From a virus: 64,000 bases of DNA. The number at the start of each line of letters is the position of its first letter. Positions within the stretch are counted from its first letter, which is position 1. Both the position numbers and the translations under genes were made by a program. Below the pieces are notes generated by a model. It made no database searches. It worked only from the letters and a program-made list of their open reading frames with translations, and was not told the DNA's origin. Location of the stretch: positions 50,035 to 114,034 of the IMG/VR virus record IMGVR_UViG_3300043313_001352; one strand, 5' to 3'. Positions 51,003 through 60,747 of this stretch are shown one piece after another.

Positions 51003-51743
51003 TCAGGTGGCCCCGTAGACCTTCTCGATCATGTGTGTGATGTTCAGATCGTCTGACTCGACGACCGTTCCCAGACGTCCACCGACGCGCTCTCCGGCGA
51101 TGAACTTGCTGCTGGACTTGATGTGCATCCGCCGGTAGGACACCGGGGGTGCGGATGGATCCGTGCTCGGCCACTCCTCGATGGCCAGGTAGCCGGTGAT
51201 GTCGTACAGGTACGGCGCGGTGACCGCCGACTGGCCCTGCAGGTAGGGACGACGTACGCCGTTCTGCTCGCGCGTCATCGCGGTCAGCACGACCGCCTGC
51301 AACGGGTTGCTCGGGTGCATGGTCAGGTCGCGCAGGTCCCGCATCAGTCCGGTGATCGCCCGCAGCAGCTCGCCCCAGGTCTGGAGCTGCAACTGCTCAC
51401 GTCCGGCGATCGACTCGATCGCCTTCACCTGCAGCTCGGAGATCGAGTCCACGATCACCGACCTGAACGGGTGCTTGCCGGACTGCAGCCACGCGTACGA
51501 CCTCAGCATCTGGTCGTACGACGTGGTCACCACCACGCAGGTGTCCCAGGAGCCGTCGTACTCCGGCGGCTCCGAGGTCATCGGGTCCCAGTACTTCACC
51601 TTGATCGGCAGGAACTTGTGCCCACCTTCGACGTCGTGCATCAGCCGTGGCTCTGGTGCACTCACCGCGAGCGTCGACTTTCCGGTCTTCGACTCGCCGT
51701 GGATCATCAGGGTCAACGACTTGTTGATCCCATCAGCTGGCAT
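51003..51743 (-). CDS. AAA_24 / Sak4-like recombinase ATPase
   Basis: HGESKTGKST Walker A, VIVDSISE Walker B; adjacent to the SSB. Confidence 0.85.
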   Translation of the reverse strand: MPADGINKSLTLMIHGESKTGKSTLAVSAPEPRLMHDVEGGHKFLPIKVKYWDPMTSEPPEYDGSWDTCVVVTTSYDQMLRSYAWLQSGKHPFRSVIVDSISELQVKAIESIAGREQLQLQTWGELLRAITGLMRDLRDLTMHPSNPLQAVVLTAMTREQNGVRRPYLQGQSAVTAPYLYDITGYLAIEEWPSTDPSAPPVSYRRMHIKSSSKFIAGERVGGRLGTVVESDDLNITHMIEKVYGAT

Positions 51744-51762
51744 GGCGTCACCTCCTCTTCCT

Positions 51763-52113
51763 TCACTCGTTGTCCTTCCAGGGGTACTGGTCCTTGGCGT
51801 TCACGTGCGCGGCCACCAGCCGCGCGCCGGTGATCTCCATCCCGCCGCCGAGGTGCTCGAACATCTGCCCGAGGTGGTCGACGTCGCAGGTGAGCAGCTG
51901 GTCCTCGTCCAGCTCGACGCTGGTGTTGCCGACGATCCGATTGCCGACCCGGCGGATGCTGCTGACGATCCCGACGATCTCGCTGCCGTCCTGACCGATC
52001 TCGTCGGCCCGGCGCATCAGCGGGATCGGGTCCTTCCAGGTGATCGTGTCGGGCGTGAGCATCCGGCCGTCGATGGTCCACTCGCCCTCACGCAGCAGCT
52101 CGTAGGTGGGCAT
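51763..52113 (-). CDS. small protein resembling the N-terminus of actinophage capsid maturation proteases
   Basis: EGEWTIDGRMLTPDTITWKDPIPLM...GQDGSEIVGIV..IRRVG. Confidence 0.4.
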   Translation of the reverse strand: MPTYELLREGEWTIDGRMLTPDTITWKDPIPLMRRADEIGQDGSEIVGIVSSIRRVGNRIVGNTSVELDEDQLLTCDVDHLGQMFEHLGGGMEITGARLVAAHVNAKDQYPWKDNE

Positions 52114-52835
52114 CAGCGGTTCTCCCCGCGCCGTCGGTAGCGGTCCCAGGGCTTCATGTTGGGTGGCGCCGAGGGTCGGTTGGGCCGGGGAGCCCGAGCA
52201 GGCGGGAGTTCCTTCTTCACCCACGGCGGGCGCAGCATGGTGGCGCTCTGCCGGACCGCGGCGCGGTAGTAGCCCTGCTCGATCAGGTCGACCTCGGCCA
52301 GCGCCTTGAGCAGCTTGCGGTACTGGTGCCAGCTCATCAGGTGGTCGATGTAGAGGTGGTGGTGCCCGGTCCGGGTGGACTGCACCAGCGTGGCCGGGAA
52401 GTCCAGGTCGAGCATCACCGTGTGCTTGCCGGTGTACTTGCCGTTCTCGATCACCGCCGAGGAGACCATCTCGGCGTTCGCGCCGTTGGACTCCACCAGC
52501 GCCTCGACCGACCAGGTGCCGTAGCCGTCGTCACGCGTCTGGGTCTCCTTGCGGAAGAACGGGTGCGCGTACTTCGAGGGGATCGTGCCCTGCAACAGCG
52601 GGCCAGGGCCGCAGATCGCGCAGTTGACGTGCTCGAAGGTCGCGTCCGGCCAGATCTGGTGCTCCTGGTCCTGGATGAACCGATCGTTCTCGTCGAGGGT
52701 GATCGCCGCCTTGATCGGCGCGCGGTTCTGGATCTTGTGCCGCAGCGGCGTCGACCTCACGTAGACGAGCCGGACCAGCACCGCCAGCAGGGTGCACCAG
52801 GCGATGATCGTGCCGATGCCGAACAGCGCGTTCAC
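52113..52835 (-). CDS. membrane-anchored protein with AEP-like motifs
   Basis: N-terminal TM helix; C-terminal VMLDLD...STRTGHHHLYID. Confidence 0.5.
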   Translation of the reverse strand: MNALFGIGTIIAWCTLLAVLVRLVYVRSTPLRHKIQNRAPIKAAITLDENDRFIQDQEHQIWPDATFEHVNCAICGPGPLLQGTIPSKYAHPFFRKETQTRDDGYGTWSVEALVESNGANAEMVSSAVIENGKYTGKHTVMLDLDFPATLVQSTRTGHHHLYIDHLMSWHQYRKLLKALAEVDLIEQGYYRAAVRQSATMLRPPWVKKELPPARAPRPNRPSAPPNMKPWDRYRRRGENR

Positions 52836-53371
52836 AGCTTGTCCATGTCGTGCAGCTGCCAGCGAGGGATCACCCAGAGGGGAGGCCCACCCCAGGCAGG
52901 TCGTGGCTCCCAGCTGAACTCGTCGCAGTGCTCGCGCCCGTCCGACCAGCCGACCAGCACCACGTGCACACCGTCGCTGAGCACCTGGCCCAGCACGTAG
53001 ATACGGTCTTCTGGCTCATGGGGCCGGATCAGCAGTTGGCGGTCGTCTGCGTCGACGGTGTGCACCACGTAGCGACCCTCGATGCCGAACCGAGGATCAC
53101 CTGGCTTGATCCCGATCTGCCCATCTTCAGGGAAGGGAATCTCCGTCGCAGCACAGAACGCCATCCGTCCCAGGAAGTTCTGCTGCTCGTCGTTGTACTG
53201 ATCGCGGGGTGTGCGTTTCGGATCACGCCTGCTGTAGTCCTCGCCGTGCTCGCGTGCATCGTCATGTCGACGCGTGCTCAGATGCTGGGCCTGTGCCCAC
53301 TCCTCGTCGGTCATGGCGACGTACCAGACGTTCTCGCGCCACCCGAGATTGCTCACCACGTAGCGCCTCAT
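52832..53371 (-). CDS. hypothetical protein
   Basis: ATGA overlap at 53368-53371. Confidence 0.6.
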   Translation of the reverse strand: MRRYVVSNLGWRENVWYVAMTDEEWAQAQHLSTRRHDDAREHGEDYSRRDPKRTPRDQYNDEQQNFLGRMAFCAATEIPFPEDGQIGIKPGDPRFGIEGRYVVHTVDADDRQLLIRPHEPEDRIYVLGQVLSDGVHVVLVGWSDGREHCDEFSWEPRPAWGGPPLWVIPRWQLHDMDKL

Positions 53372-53784
53372 GACGGCACCTCGTCGTAGTCGACGATCCA
53401 CCGCCGGGCCAGCTCGCACAGCGCCACGAACACCGCGTCCTTGTCCTGCTCGTGCGGTTCGAGCTGGTCGAAGGGCACCATGTCCGGATGCTCCTTGAGG
53501 ATCACGCTGCGCTTCGGGCCTTGCTTCCAGCCCATCTCCTCGTACGCCTTGACCCAGTCGTCGTGCAGCTCCTCGGGGCTGGACTTGCGGTCCGCGCTCA
53601 TCATCATCTTGATGACGTTGAGGAACTGGGTGCGGAACTTCTGGTCGCGCTGGGGCCACGGTTCCGGCACGACGGGCGCGTTCGCGGCCACGGCCTGCAG
53701 CCGAGCGCCCTCGTAGACGAAGATCGCCTGGCGCTCCAGCAGGGTGCCTTCGGGCCAGTGCACGGGCTCGTTGTCGTTCGTCAT
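53368..53784 (-). CDS. RyR-domain protein
   Basis: PEELHDDWVKAYEEMGWKQGP...KEHPDMVPFDQLEPHEQDKD. Confidence 0.8.
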   Translation of the reverse strand: MTNDNEPVHWPEGTLLERQAIFVYEGARLQAVAANAPVVPEPWPQRDQKFRTQFLNVIKMMMSADRKSSPEELHDDWVKAYEEMGWKQGPKRSVILKEHPDMVPFDQLEPHEQDKDAVFVALCELARRWIVDYDEVPS

Positions 53785-54722
53785 GTGTCGTCCTTCTCGT
53801 CCTTGTAGTAGGCGTACGGATCGGCCCGCACGTAGAGGTCGTTGAGCATCGACTCCACGTCGGAGCCGTCATCCATCAGCGGGCACACCTGGAAGAACGG
53901 GCAGTACCACGAGCAGTCCCGCGTCGGTGTCGGGTAGGCCAGCGAGCGGTGATCCTCCCCGGAGTCGAGGCCGTCGCGCACCCAGAGCAGGTCGGTCAGG
54001 ATGCCCTGGGTGCGGGTCCAGAACGAGCGCAGCGTGAACACGTTGTGCCGGATCTCGTGCTGGCGGTAGAACGGCGGCTTGGCCCGGACGCCGCGCTTGA
54101 CCTTCTTGATCAGCCTGAAGACGCCACCGGCGAGGCGCTGGTCCTCATCCGGCCCCTTGCGATTGACGAAGTCCAGGGTCTGGTAGGTCATCAGCTGGGG
54201 GTTCATGTGCCCCCACTTCGGGAAGTCCTCCAGCGACGCGGTGGTCTTGTGGTCGAGCACCAGGTTGGCGCCGTCGCGCAGATCTTGGACCCGCAGGTCG
54301 ATCTTGCCGATCAGCTCGACCCGGCCGCCGAGCATCGGGGTGGCCAGCACCTCCTCGACGCCGATGATCTTGTAGATCGAGTCGATGCCTTCCTCGGCCA
54401 CCCAGTCCTGGTAGCCCTCCAGCATCAGCCGCCCGAGTTCACCCTCCTGCTCCAGGGTGGTCAGATCTTGGCCGATCGAGGCGGCCAGCATCTTGTCCTC
54501 GGTCATCAGCAGGTCGTACTGCTCCAGCAGCGGGCCGGTTCCCTTGTAGTAGACCTCCAGCGCGGCGTGCACCCGACTGCCGAGCGCGAGCGCACCGGTG
54601 ACCACCGGCTCGCGGGTGTGCCAGCGCTCGTAGTACTGCAGGTACCAGCGACGGCGGCATCGCAGGAAGGTCTGGATCTCCGAGTTCGAGACCCGGATCG
54701 GCTCTGCTGTGGCGGTGTCCAT
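53781..54722 (-). CDS. Cas4-like/RecB-family PD-(D/E)xK exonuclease
   Basis: SNSEIQTFLRCRRRW, GSRVHAALE, GKIDL..VLDHKT, QLMTY, CSWYCPFFQVC. Confidence 0.88.
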   Translation of the reverse strand: MDTATAEPIRVSNSEIQTFLRCRRRWYLQYYERWHTREPVVTGALALGSRVHAALEVYYKGTGPLLEQYDLLMTEDKMLAASIGQDLTTLEQEGELGRLMLEGYQDWVAEEGIDSIYKIIGVEEVLATPMLGGRVELIGKIDLRVQDLRDGANLVLDHKTTASLEDFPKWGHMNPQLMTYQTLDFVNRKGPDEDQRLAGGVFRLIKKVKRGVRAKPPFYRQHEIRHNVFTLRSFWTRTQGILTDLLWVRDGLDSGEDHRSLAYPTPTRDCSWYCPFFQVCPLMDDGSDVESMLNDLYVRADPYAYYKDEKDDT

Positions 54723-54727
54723 GACGC

Positions 54728-55209
54728 TCACTGCTCCGTCTCGTGCTGGTTCATCAGCAGCACCGAGTGACCGGTGCCCTCCATGTGGGCCTCGACCCAC
54801 GACGTGCGGATGTCCTTGTTGTCGAAGGGCATCGGCATGAAGTCCTCCGGGTGGTCGATGATGGTGCGGAGGTCGCCGTTGCACTGGACGCAGATCGCCA
54901 GGTACCAGATCTTCACGGCGGGGTCAGCCCCTCGGGTGAGTCCGGGATGCCGATGAAGTCGATGTCCTTGCCGATCGAGTTGAAGACCGCCTTCATGTGC
55001 ACGAACAGCTCGGCCATCGCCTCGACCTCGTCGTCGTAGCCGTGCAGCACGATGCCGCCGCGCTCGGTGTCGTGCAGGAAGATGCTCGCCTTGACGTCGG
55101 CGTTCTCCGGCCGCTCCAGTGGCACCGTCATCTCGGCGCACAGGTCGGTCAGTCGGTCCACCGGGTGGTCGTGGCTGGTCACGTCGTCGTCGCTGATCTC
55201 GTCGCTCAT
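54728..55209 (-). CDS. two small hypotheticals (54728-~54916; 54913-55209)
   Basis: Overlapping ORFs in the operon. Confidence 0.55.
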
Positions 55210-55216
55210 GTCGCTC

Positions 55217-56026
55217 CTACTGCCTCGGGAAGTCGGTGACGGCCACCAACGTGCGTTCCACGAACTGGATCTTGTGATCGCTGTTGGCGGCCAGTGACCA
55301 GCGCCGCTTGATCGTCACGTCCGAACCGTGGCTGTGCTGGAGGTGGTCGATGCCCTTGGGCTGCCGGTCGGCCACGAACAACGCGGGCAGCAGCGAGCCT
55401 GGGTAGTACCAACGGGCCTTCTGGGTCAGCTCGGCGTTGTAGTCCCCGCCGATGCTGACCACGTCCCACAGGTTGGCTCTGGTCTTCGGGCCTGGGTCCT
55501 GCACGCTCATCATCCGAGCCGCGAACGAGACCACGTCCAGCCAGTACTGCCCGATCGCCCAGTCCTTCCACTGCGCCAGCGCGGCCGAGTCCTTGTTGCG
55601 GGGGTTGGCCTCCGGCAGCACCCCGTGAGAGGCGGTGTGCACGTTGATCCGGAGCACCTTGTACCCGCTGGCCTTGTGAATCAGGCCGACCCAGGTGAAG
55701 TCCCGCTCAGGGTTCACGTTCGAGGGCACGCCCATTGCCTTGGCGCTCGCGTGCGCGTTGACCACGCCCTCGCTCACTTTGCCCCCGATGTTGGCCTGGT
55801 CGAAGGTGGCGCGCCTCCACGAGATCGGGTTGCCGCAGCTCGGCGGATGGTAGAGCGCCCGGTGCGCGTCGGCGCAGTGCTTCTTCACCGCGGCACGTGC
55901 CGCGGCACTGGCGCACTCCTGGTAGCCGGTGATGTCACCGCGGGCGGACTTGGCCAGATCCTGCTGCCACTTCGCGGCGGGGAGCGTGCGCAGGATGTTG
56001 TGCGTGCTGTCGATGTAGGTCGCCAT
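55217..56026 (-). CDS. endonuclease/exonuclease/phosphatase (EEP) family protein
   Basis: THNI, GYQE, NVH, GGDYN, IDHL and SDH motifs. Confidence 0.8.
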   Translation of the reverse strand: MATYIDSTHNILRTLPAAKWQQDLAKSARGDITGYQECASAAARAAVKKHCADAHRALYHPPSCGNPISWRRATFDQANIGGKVSEGVVNAHASAKAMGVPSNVNPERDFTWVGLIHKASGYKVLRINVHTASHGVLPEANPRNKDSAALAQWKDWAIGQYWLDVVSFAARMMSVQDPGPKTRANLWDVVSIGGDYNAELTQKARWYYPGSLLPALFVADRQPKGIDHLQHSHGSDVTIKRRWSLAANSDHKIQFVERTLVAVTDFPRQ

Positions 56027-56546
56027 CAGGTCTCCTCAACCAGAGGTGCGGTCACTTCACGAACCAGGTCGCGCAGCAGGTCGGCCGGGTACAGCTCGCA
56101 GCCCACGCAGTCGCCCGCGTCGTAGGTGGCGACGTTGCCGTCCCGTGCCACGCACGGGGTCATGTCGGACTTGGCCCGCGGGCAGCCGACGTGCTCGGGA
56201 TCGTCGTTGTAGCGGCCGTAGCCGAGGAGGCCCTTCACGGCGCCGACCCCGTGTCGGCCGCGTCGGCCGGGTCGTTCTTGACCATCGTCAGCAGGTGGTT
56301 GGTCGCCTCGTTGAGCATGTCGTAGGTGGCCTCGGCTGTCGGCACCTGCCACGAGTGCGCGCTCCAGACCAACTTCACTGCCGAGAGGGCCATCTCGCGC
56401 GTCGTGCCGGTGATGTAGGCCAGGTAGTGCGCCTGCATGCCCTGGGCCAGCGCACCGATCGCGGTGTTCGGGATGTAGATCGCAGGCGGCGTCGGCGGCA
56501 CCACCGGCGGCGGTGTCGGGGACGGGATGCTCTCGCCGAGGTTCAT
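56026..56546 (-). CDS. two small hypotheticals (56026-56238; 56235-56546)
   Basis: Overlapping ORFs; the first is Cys-rich. Confidence 0.55.
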
Positions 56547-56661
56547 GAGTGCGCCCCCAGCATCGCCAGCAGCCCGGCACAGAAGAGGATCACGCTGATC
56601 GCGGCACCGAGCACGAAGATCCGCAGCGCGGGGGAGTGCACGGGTCGGAGGTGAGGCTTGG

Positions 56662-58632
56662 TCACAGTGGTGCTCCCGTCAGGAACTTTCGCATCAGGTC
56701 GGCGTCGTGCACGATCTCCTCCAACATGTCCCGCTTGCGGTCCAGCGAGACCAGCTGGGCCATCTCCACGGTGCCGGGTGTGACGTAGTCGATCTTGGTG
56801 ATCGACTCGTGGTCCTCCGAGCCGATCCGGTGTGCGCGGGCGATCGCCTGGTCCATCTCCACCGGGCTCCAGTTGCGCTGGATGAACACCTCGACACTCG
56901 CCTTGGTCAGGGTGATTCCGGTGCCACCGGCCTTGATCGTGGACAGCACGTACTGGAAGTCGCCGCGCTGGAAGTCGTCGATCGCCCGGTTGCGGGCCTC
57001 CTCGTCGATCGCGCCGGTGATCATCCCGTGCCGGATCGGACCGCCCTTGTTGGCCGGGTTCTTGTGCAGCCGCTCGGAGAGCATCTCGATCAGCTGCCGG
57101 GACTCGGCGAAGACCAGCACCGACTGACCCTCGAAGTCACCCAGGTCGCCCATGAGCGCGTCCAGCTTGGACGAGGGGTTCTGCAGGAACAGGTGCTCCT
57201 CGTCGCGGTACAGCGGCTCGCCGGTGTAGGCGTCGACCAGCTTCTCGCGGGCGGTCACCATCGGCATCCCGGTCTCCGGGTCGGTGCTGTGCTTGGCGCC
57301 CCAGTACTTCCACTTGCCGGTCTCTGGATCGACCGGCACCAGGTGGGTGGTGCTGGCCGTCATCTGGACCTTGACGATCCGCAGGTCGCCGTGGGAGGAG
57401 GCCAGCTGCATCAGCCTCGCCACCTGCACCATCGGATTCGCGGCCAGCAGCACCCCGGCGTCGAGCTTGGCGATCATCAGGTCGCGCATCTGCTCGTAGC
57501 TCTTCTTCTGGGTGGGGTTCATCTCGACGTCGCGCTGCTCGGGCACGATCGGCGGCAGGAACGGGAGCACCAGCTCCTTGGTCATCCGGCGCAGGTGCGG
57601 GTCGACGCCAGCGTGGAACTCCACCTCGTGGGTGGGCTTGATCCCGTTGACCTCCATCCCGCCCCAGATGTTGAAGGTGAAGTTGATCAGCCGCTCCACC
57701 CAGGCGCTCTTCGCGGGCCACTCCAGGGAGTCGATCCAGTGCAGCACCGGCCACAGCTCGGTGGGGTCGTTGGCGATCGGGGTGCCGGTCATCGCGAACC
57801 GGATCGGGGAGTCGCCGGACGCGGCCCACAGTGCGCGGGTCTGCATCGAGTGCGGGTCCTTGGCCCGGTGCGCCTCGTCGGCGACCACCGCGGCGAAGTC
57901 GATCTCATTCAGCTCGCGCTGGTGGACCTCGCACTGGGCCTGCTTGACGGTGCCGGAGCCGCCGCACTCCACGCACTTCTTCAGCGCGTGCGAGCCGAAG
58001 GCCAGCAGCCGGGAGTGGGTGCGCAGCGCCTCCCAGTTCAGGATCACGAACTTGGCCCCGGAGCGGATCTTCTTGCGGCGCTGCTCGGCCGAGCCGGAGA
58101 CCACCGCGATCTGCACCTCGGGGTCGCCCCACCAGATCCCCAGCTCCCGCTCCCAGGTCCGCTTCATCGTGTTGGGGCACACGACCAGCACCTGGCCGTC
58201 GAGCTGACCGGTGTCCTGGAGCTTGCGCAGCGCGAGGATCGCCTGGATGGTCTTGCCGGTGCCCATCTCGTCGGCCAGCAGCGCGCGCCGGACCAGCGCC
58301 AGGAACTCCACACCAGCCCGCTGGTAGGGGTAGAGCCGCTCGTCGCCCTCCAGCCCGGCCCCCATCGACTCACGCAGGTGCATCGCCGGGTCGATCACGT
58401 CGCGCTTGCGCGCCCAGGCCCACTTGGAGAGGTCGTCACCGACCTCCAGGTCGTCGCCGAAGACGTCGCGCATCGCCAGGCACGAGGTCCAGGCCAACGG
58501 CACCGACCACTTGCTGTCGTCTTTGGACCAGCGCGCTCCGGGCAGGGTGCGGACCAGATCCTTGGCCGTGTACGGGGATGCGATGGTGATTCGGTCACCC
58601 CGGCGGGGGTGGACGTCGGCCTCGATCCGCAT
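56662..58632 (-). CDS. SNF2-family DNA helicase
   Basis: LLADEMGTGKT, VVADEAH, MTGTP, QAIARAHRIG. Confidence 0.92.
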   Translation of the reverse strand: MRIEADVHPRRGDRITIASPYTAKDLVRTLPGARWSKDDSKWSVPLAWTSCLAMRDVFGDDLEVGDDLSKWAWARKRDVIDPAMHLRESMGAGLEGDERLYPYQRAGVEFLALVRRALLADEMGTGKTIQAILALRKLQDTGQLDGQVLVVCPNTMKRTWERELGIWWGDPEVQIAVVSGSAEQRRKKIRSGAKFVILNWEALRTHSRLLAFGSHALKKCVECGGSGTVKQAQCEVHQRELNEIDFAAVVADEAHRAKDPHSMQTRALWAASGDSPIRFAMTGTPIANDPTELWPVLHWIDSLEWPAKSAWVERLINFTFNIWGGMEVNGIKPTHEVEFHAGVDPHLRRMTKELVLPFLPPIVPEQRDVEMNPTQKKSYEQMRDLMIAKLDAGVLLAANPMVQVARLMQLASSHGDLRIVKVQMTASTTHLVPVDPETGKWKYWGAKHSTDPETGMPMVTAREKLVDAYTGEPLYRDEEHLFLQNPSSKLDALMGDLGDFEGQSVLVFAESRQLIEMLSERLHKNPANKGGPIRHGMITGAIDEEARNRAIDDFQRGDFQYVLSTIKAGGTGITLTKASVEVFIQRNWSPVEMDQAIARAHRIGSEDHESITKIDYVTPGTVEMAQLVSLDRKRDMLEEIVHDADLMRKFLTGAPL

Positions 58633-58739
58633 CGTGCGACCGTACCCTTAGACACGGAGGTCTGATAGCCCCTCACCCGGCGTGTCGCGACACCAATCTG
58701 GCGAGAATCCTCAACCCAGTATGGGGAATCTCAAAACTA

Positions 58740-59252
58740 TCAAGGTGTGACGGGCGGTGCGCAGGCAGTGACCAGGTCCGAGATGGTTCGGTGTCCAGAG
58801 CGCTTGACCAGGGCCTGGATCGCCTGGACGTGGGCGCTGGCGCGCTTGACCGACGCGGTAGCGCGGGCGCGCTGCCCGTCGATCAGGCGGTCGGTGGCGG
58901 TGTCGTAGTTGGTCATGCCCCAGAGCAGGTGGTCGTTGACCCGGACCAGGTAGCGGCAGTTCTGACTCTGGCGCTGCAGCGCGCTGCGCTGGCTACTGGT
59001 CCGCGACAGCACCTGGGAGGTGTGGGCCAGTCGGTCCTGGGTGGTGTGCAGGGCGGTGCCGGTCTCGCCCAGGGCCTCACGGGTCAGGGCCAGACTGGTC
59101 CGGGTCTCGGCCAGCTTGTGCTCGGCGGCGTCAGCGCGGGCAGCCTCGTGCCGGGCGTGCAGCGCCATGGTCACGCCGAACACGATCCCGACTGCGATCA
59201 GCACGGCGAGGATGAATCCGAAGGCGATGCGGCGCAGCGTGGGGTAGTCCAT
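58740..59252 (-). CDS. membrane-anchored coiled-coil protein
   Basis: N-terminal TM helix followed by heptad repeats. Confidence 0.7.
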   Translation of the reverse strand: MDYPTLRRIAFGFILAVLIAVGIVFGVTMALHARHEAARADAAEHKLAETRTSLALTREALGETGTALHTTQDRLAHTSQVLSRTSSQRSALQRQSQNCRYLVRVNDHLLWGMTNYDTATDRLIDGQRARATASVKRASAHVQAIQALVKRSGHRTISDLVTACAPPVTP

Positions 59253-59425
59253 CTGTCGCTCCTGTCGTTGTGTCTTGGTGTCCGGGCGTCGTTCTGCCTG
59301 CAGCAGGTGCCCAGAGTAGCCCAGCACACCGGGCCGACAGGCCGTTCTGGTCTAGTCCGTCGCAGAAAGTTGCCGCAGATTCAGGGGGATGATCGGCCGC
59401 GTGCACCTATAAGGGAGCAGGCGAC

Positions 59426-60382
59426 CTACAACTGCCGGACGAGGAACTGCTCCAGCTCCTCCAACTGAGCCCGCGTCGTGGCCCACACCTCCTCGGCGCG
59501 GAGGCCCGCCAACGCGGCGTACGCCGAGTAGACGCCTGGGTCCGAGAGCGCCGTGATCGCCTCGGCCCAGTGCGCCGGACGCTCCGGGTCGCGGAAGAGG
59601 CCCGCGTAGCTGAGCGACTCCTGGAGTCCAGGGGTGGGGCTGGCGATGACCGGGATGTTCGAGGAGGCAGCCTCCATCCCCACCCGTCCCCAGGACTCGT
59701 AGAGGCTGGGCACCAGCAGGATCCGGGTGCGGGCGTAGATCTCTCCGGCTGGGTCGGTGGTGGGCGCGATCACCTCGACGTTGCTCGGGACCACCTTGGG
59801 GATGCCCTGGTCCCCGTAGCCGCCTTGCACGGCCAGGAAGCGGGTGTCGGGCAGCAGCCGGGCCACCTCCCAGAGCAGTTTCCCGTTCTTGAACAGGTTG
59901 ATCTGGGTCACCAACGAATCTCGCCGGTGGACGGCGTAGTGGACCGGGTGCACCGGCGGGTAGACCACCTGGCGGGGCAGCTCGGGCCTGATCGTGGCGC
60001 ACTCCTCACCCAGCCACTGGGAGTTGAAGATGAGCCCGGTGAGGGTCCTGGCCCGCCGCACCACGGTCTTGGTCGTCCGTGCGTTGTTGTGCAGCACGGA
60101 CACGATCGGCAGGTCCATCTTCCGCGCCGCGATCATCGCCACCGAGGTGACGTCGTGATGGGTCAGCAGCACGTCGGCACCCTTCGCCACGCCCACGATG
60201 TCAGTGCTGTAGATGTGCGGGATCGAGCTGAGCGGGGAGTCCCCGTCGGTTTCGTCCAGGTGTGGAATGACCACCGCGACGGTGTGCCCGCACTGGTCGA
60301 AGTGGGTGAGCATCGCCTTGAGCATCTGCTCCGAGCCCGCAAGATCGGTCACCGGGCGGTGCAGGACCGCGGTGATGTTCAT
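59426..60382 (-). CDS. glycosyltransferase (GT4 / GT-B)
   Basis: AGSE, LLVPSLYESWGRVGMEAASSNIPVIAS..PGLQE. Confidence 0.9.
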   Translation of the reverse strand: MNITAVLHRPVTDLAGSEQMLKAMLTHFDQCGHTVAVVIPHLDETDGDSPLSSIPHIYSTDIVGVAKGADVLLTHHDVTSVAMIAARKMDLPIVSVLHNNARTTKTVVRRARTLTGLIFNSQWLGEECATIRPELPRQVVYPPVHPVHYAVHRRDSLVTQINLFKNGKLLWEVARLLPDTRFLAVQGGYGDQGIPKVVPSNVEVIAPTTDPAGEIYARTRILLVPSLYESWGRVGMEAASSNIPVIASPTPGLQESLSYAGLFRDPERPAHWAEAITALSDPGVYSAYAALAGLRAEEVWATTRAQLEELEQFLVRQL

Positions 60383-60666
60383 GACGAGGTGTCGCCGACG
60401 TCCGAGCCGGGCTCGGCAGTGCCGGTCTGCTCGTCAGTGCGCTCGGACTCCTCGGCCGAGACCAGCATGTCGCCGAGCGTGGTCACGCTCGCGGTGAACG
60501 CCCCGAAGAGCACGAAGATCGAGACCCACAGGTTGGAGACGTCGGGGAAGACGAAGACCACCAGCCCGATCGCCAGCGCGTTCGCAGCCAGCGTGATCAC
60601 CGCCCAGGCGATCCGATAGCGCTTGATGAACGCGACCAGCTTGGACGGCCGCGGTCGGTGGGCCAT
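60379..60666 (-). CDS. membrane protein (2 TM)
   Basis: Two hydrophobic helices. Confidence 0.65.
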   Translation of the reverse strand: MAHRPRPSKLVAFIKRYRIAWAVITLAANALAIGLVVFVFPDVSNLWVSIFVLFGAFTASVTTLGDMLVSAEESERTDEQTGTAEPGSDVGDTSS

Positions 60667-60747
60667 GCCTCATGTTAGCTAAACACGCCGGGTAGCAGTC
60701 CGGCCCGCCCCCGAGCGGTGGGGACGGGCCGGTGGGCTACTGCTGGA

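Noticed and set aside
53781-54722. Cas4-like gene as CRISPR adaptation component of the array system
   Set aside because: It sits in the usual phage SSB/Sak4/exonuclease recombination module ~28 kb away, with no cas1/cas2.
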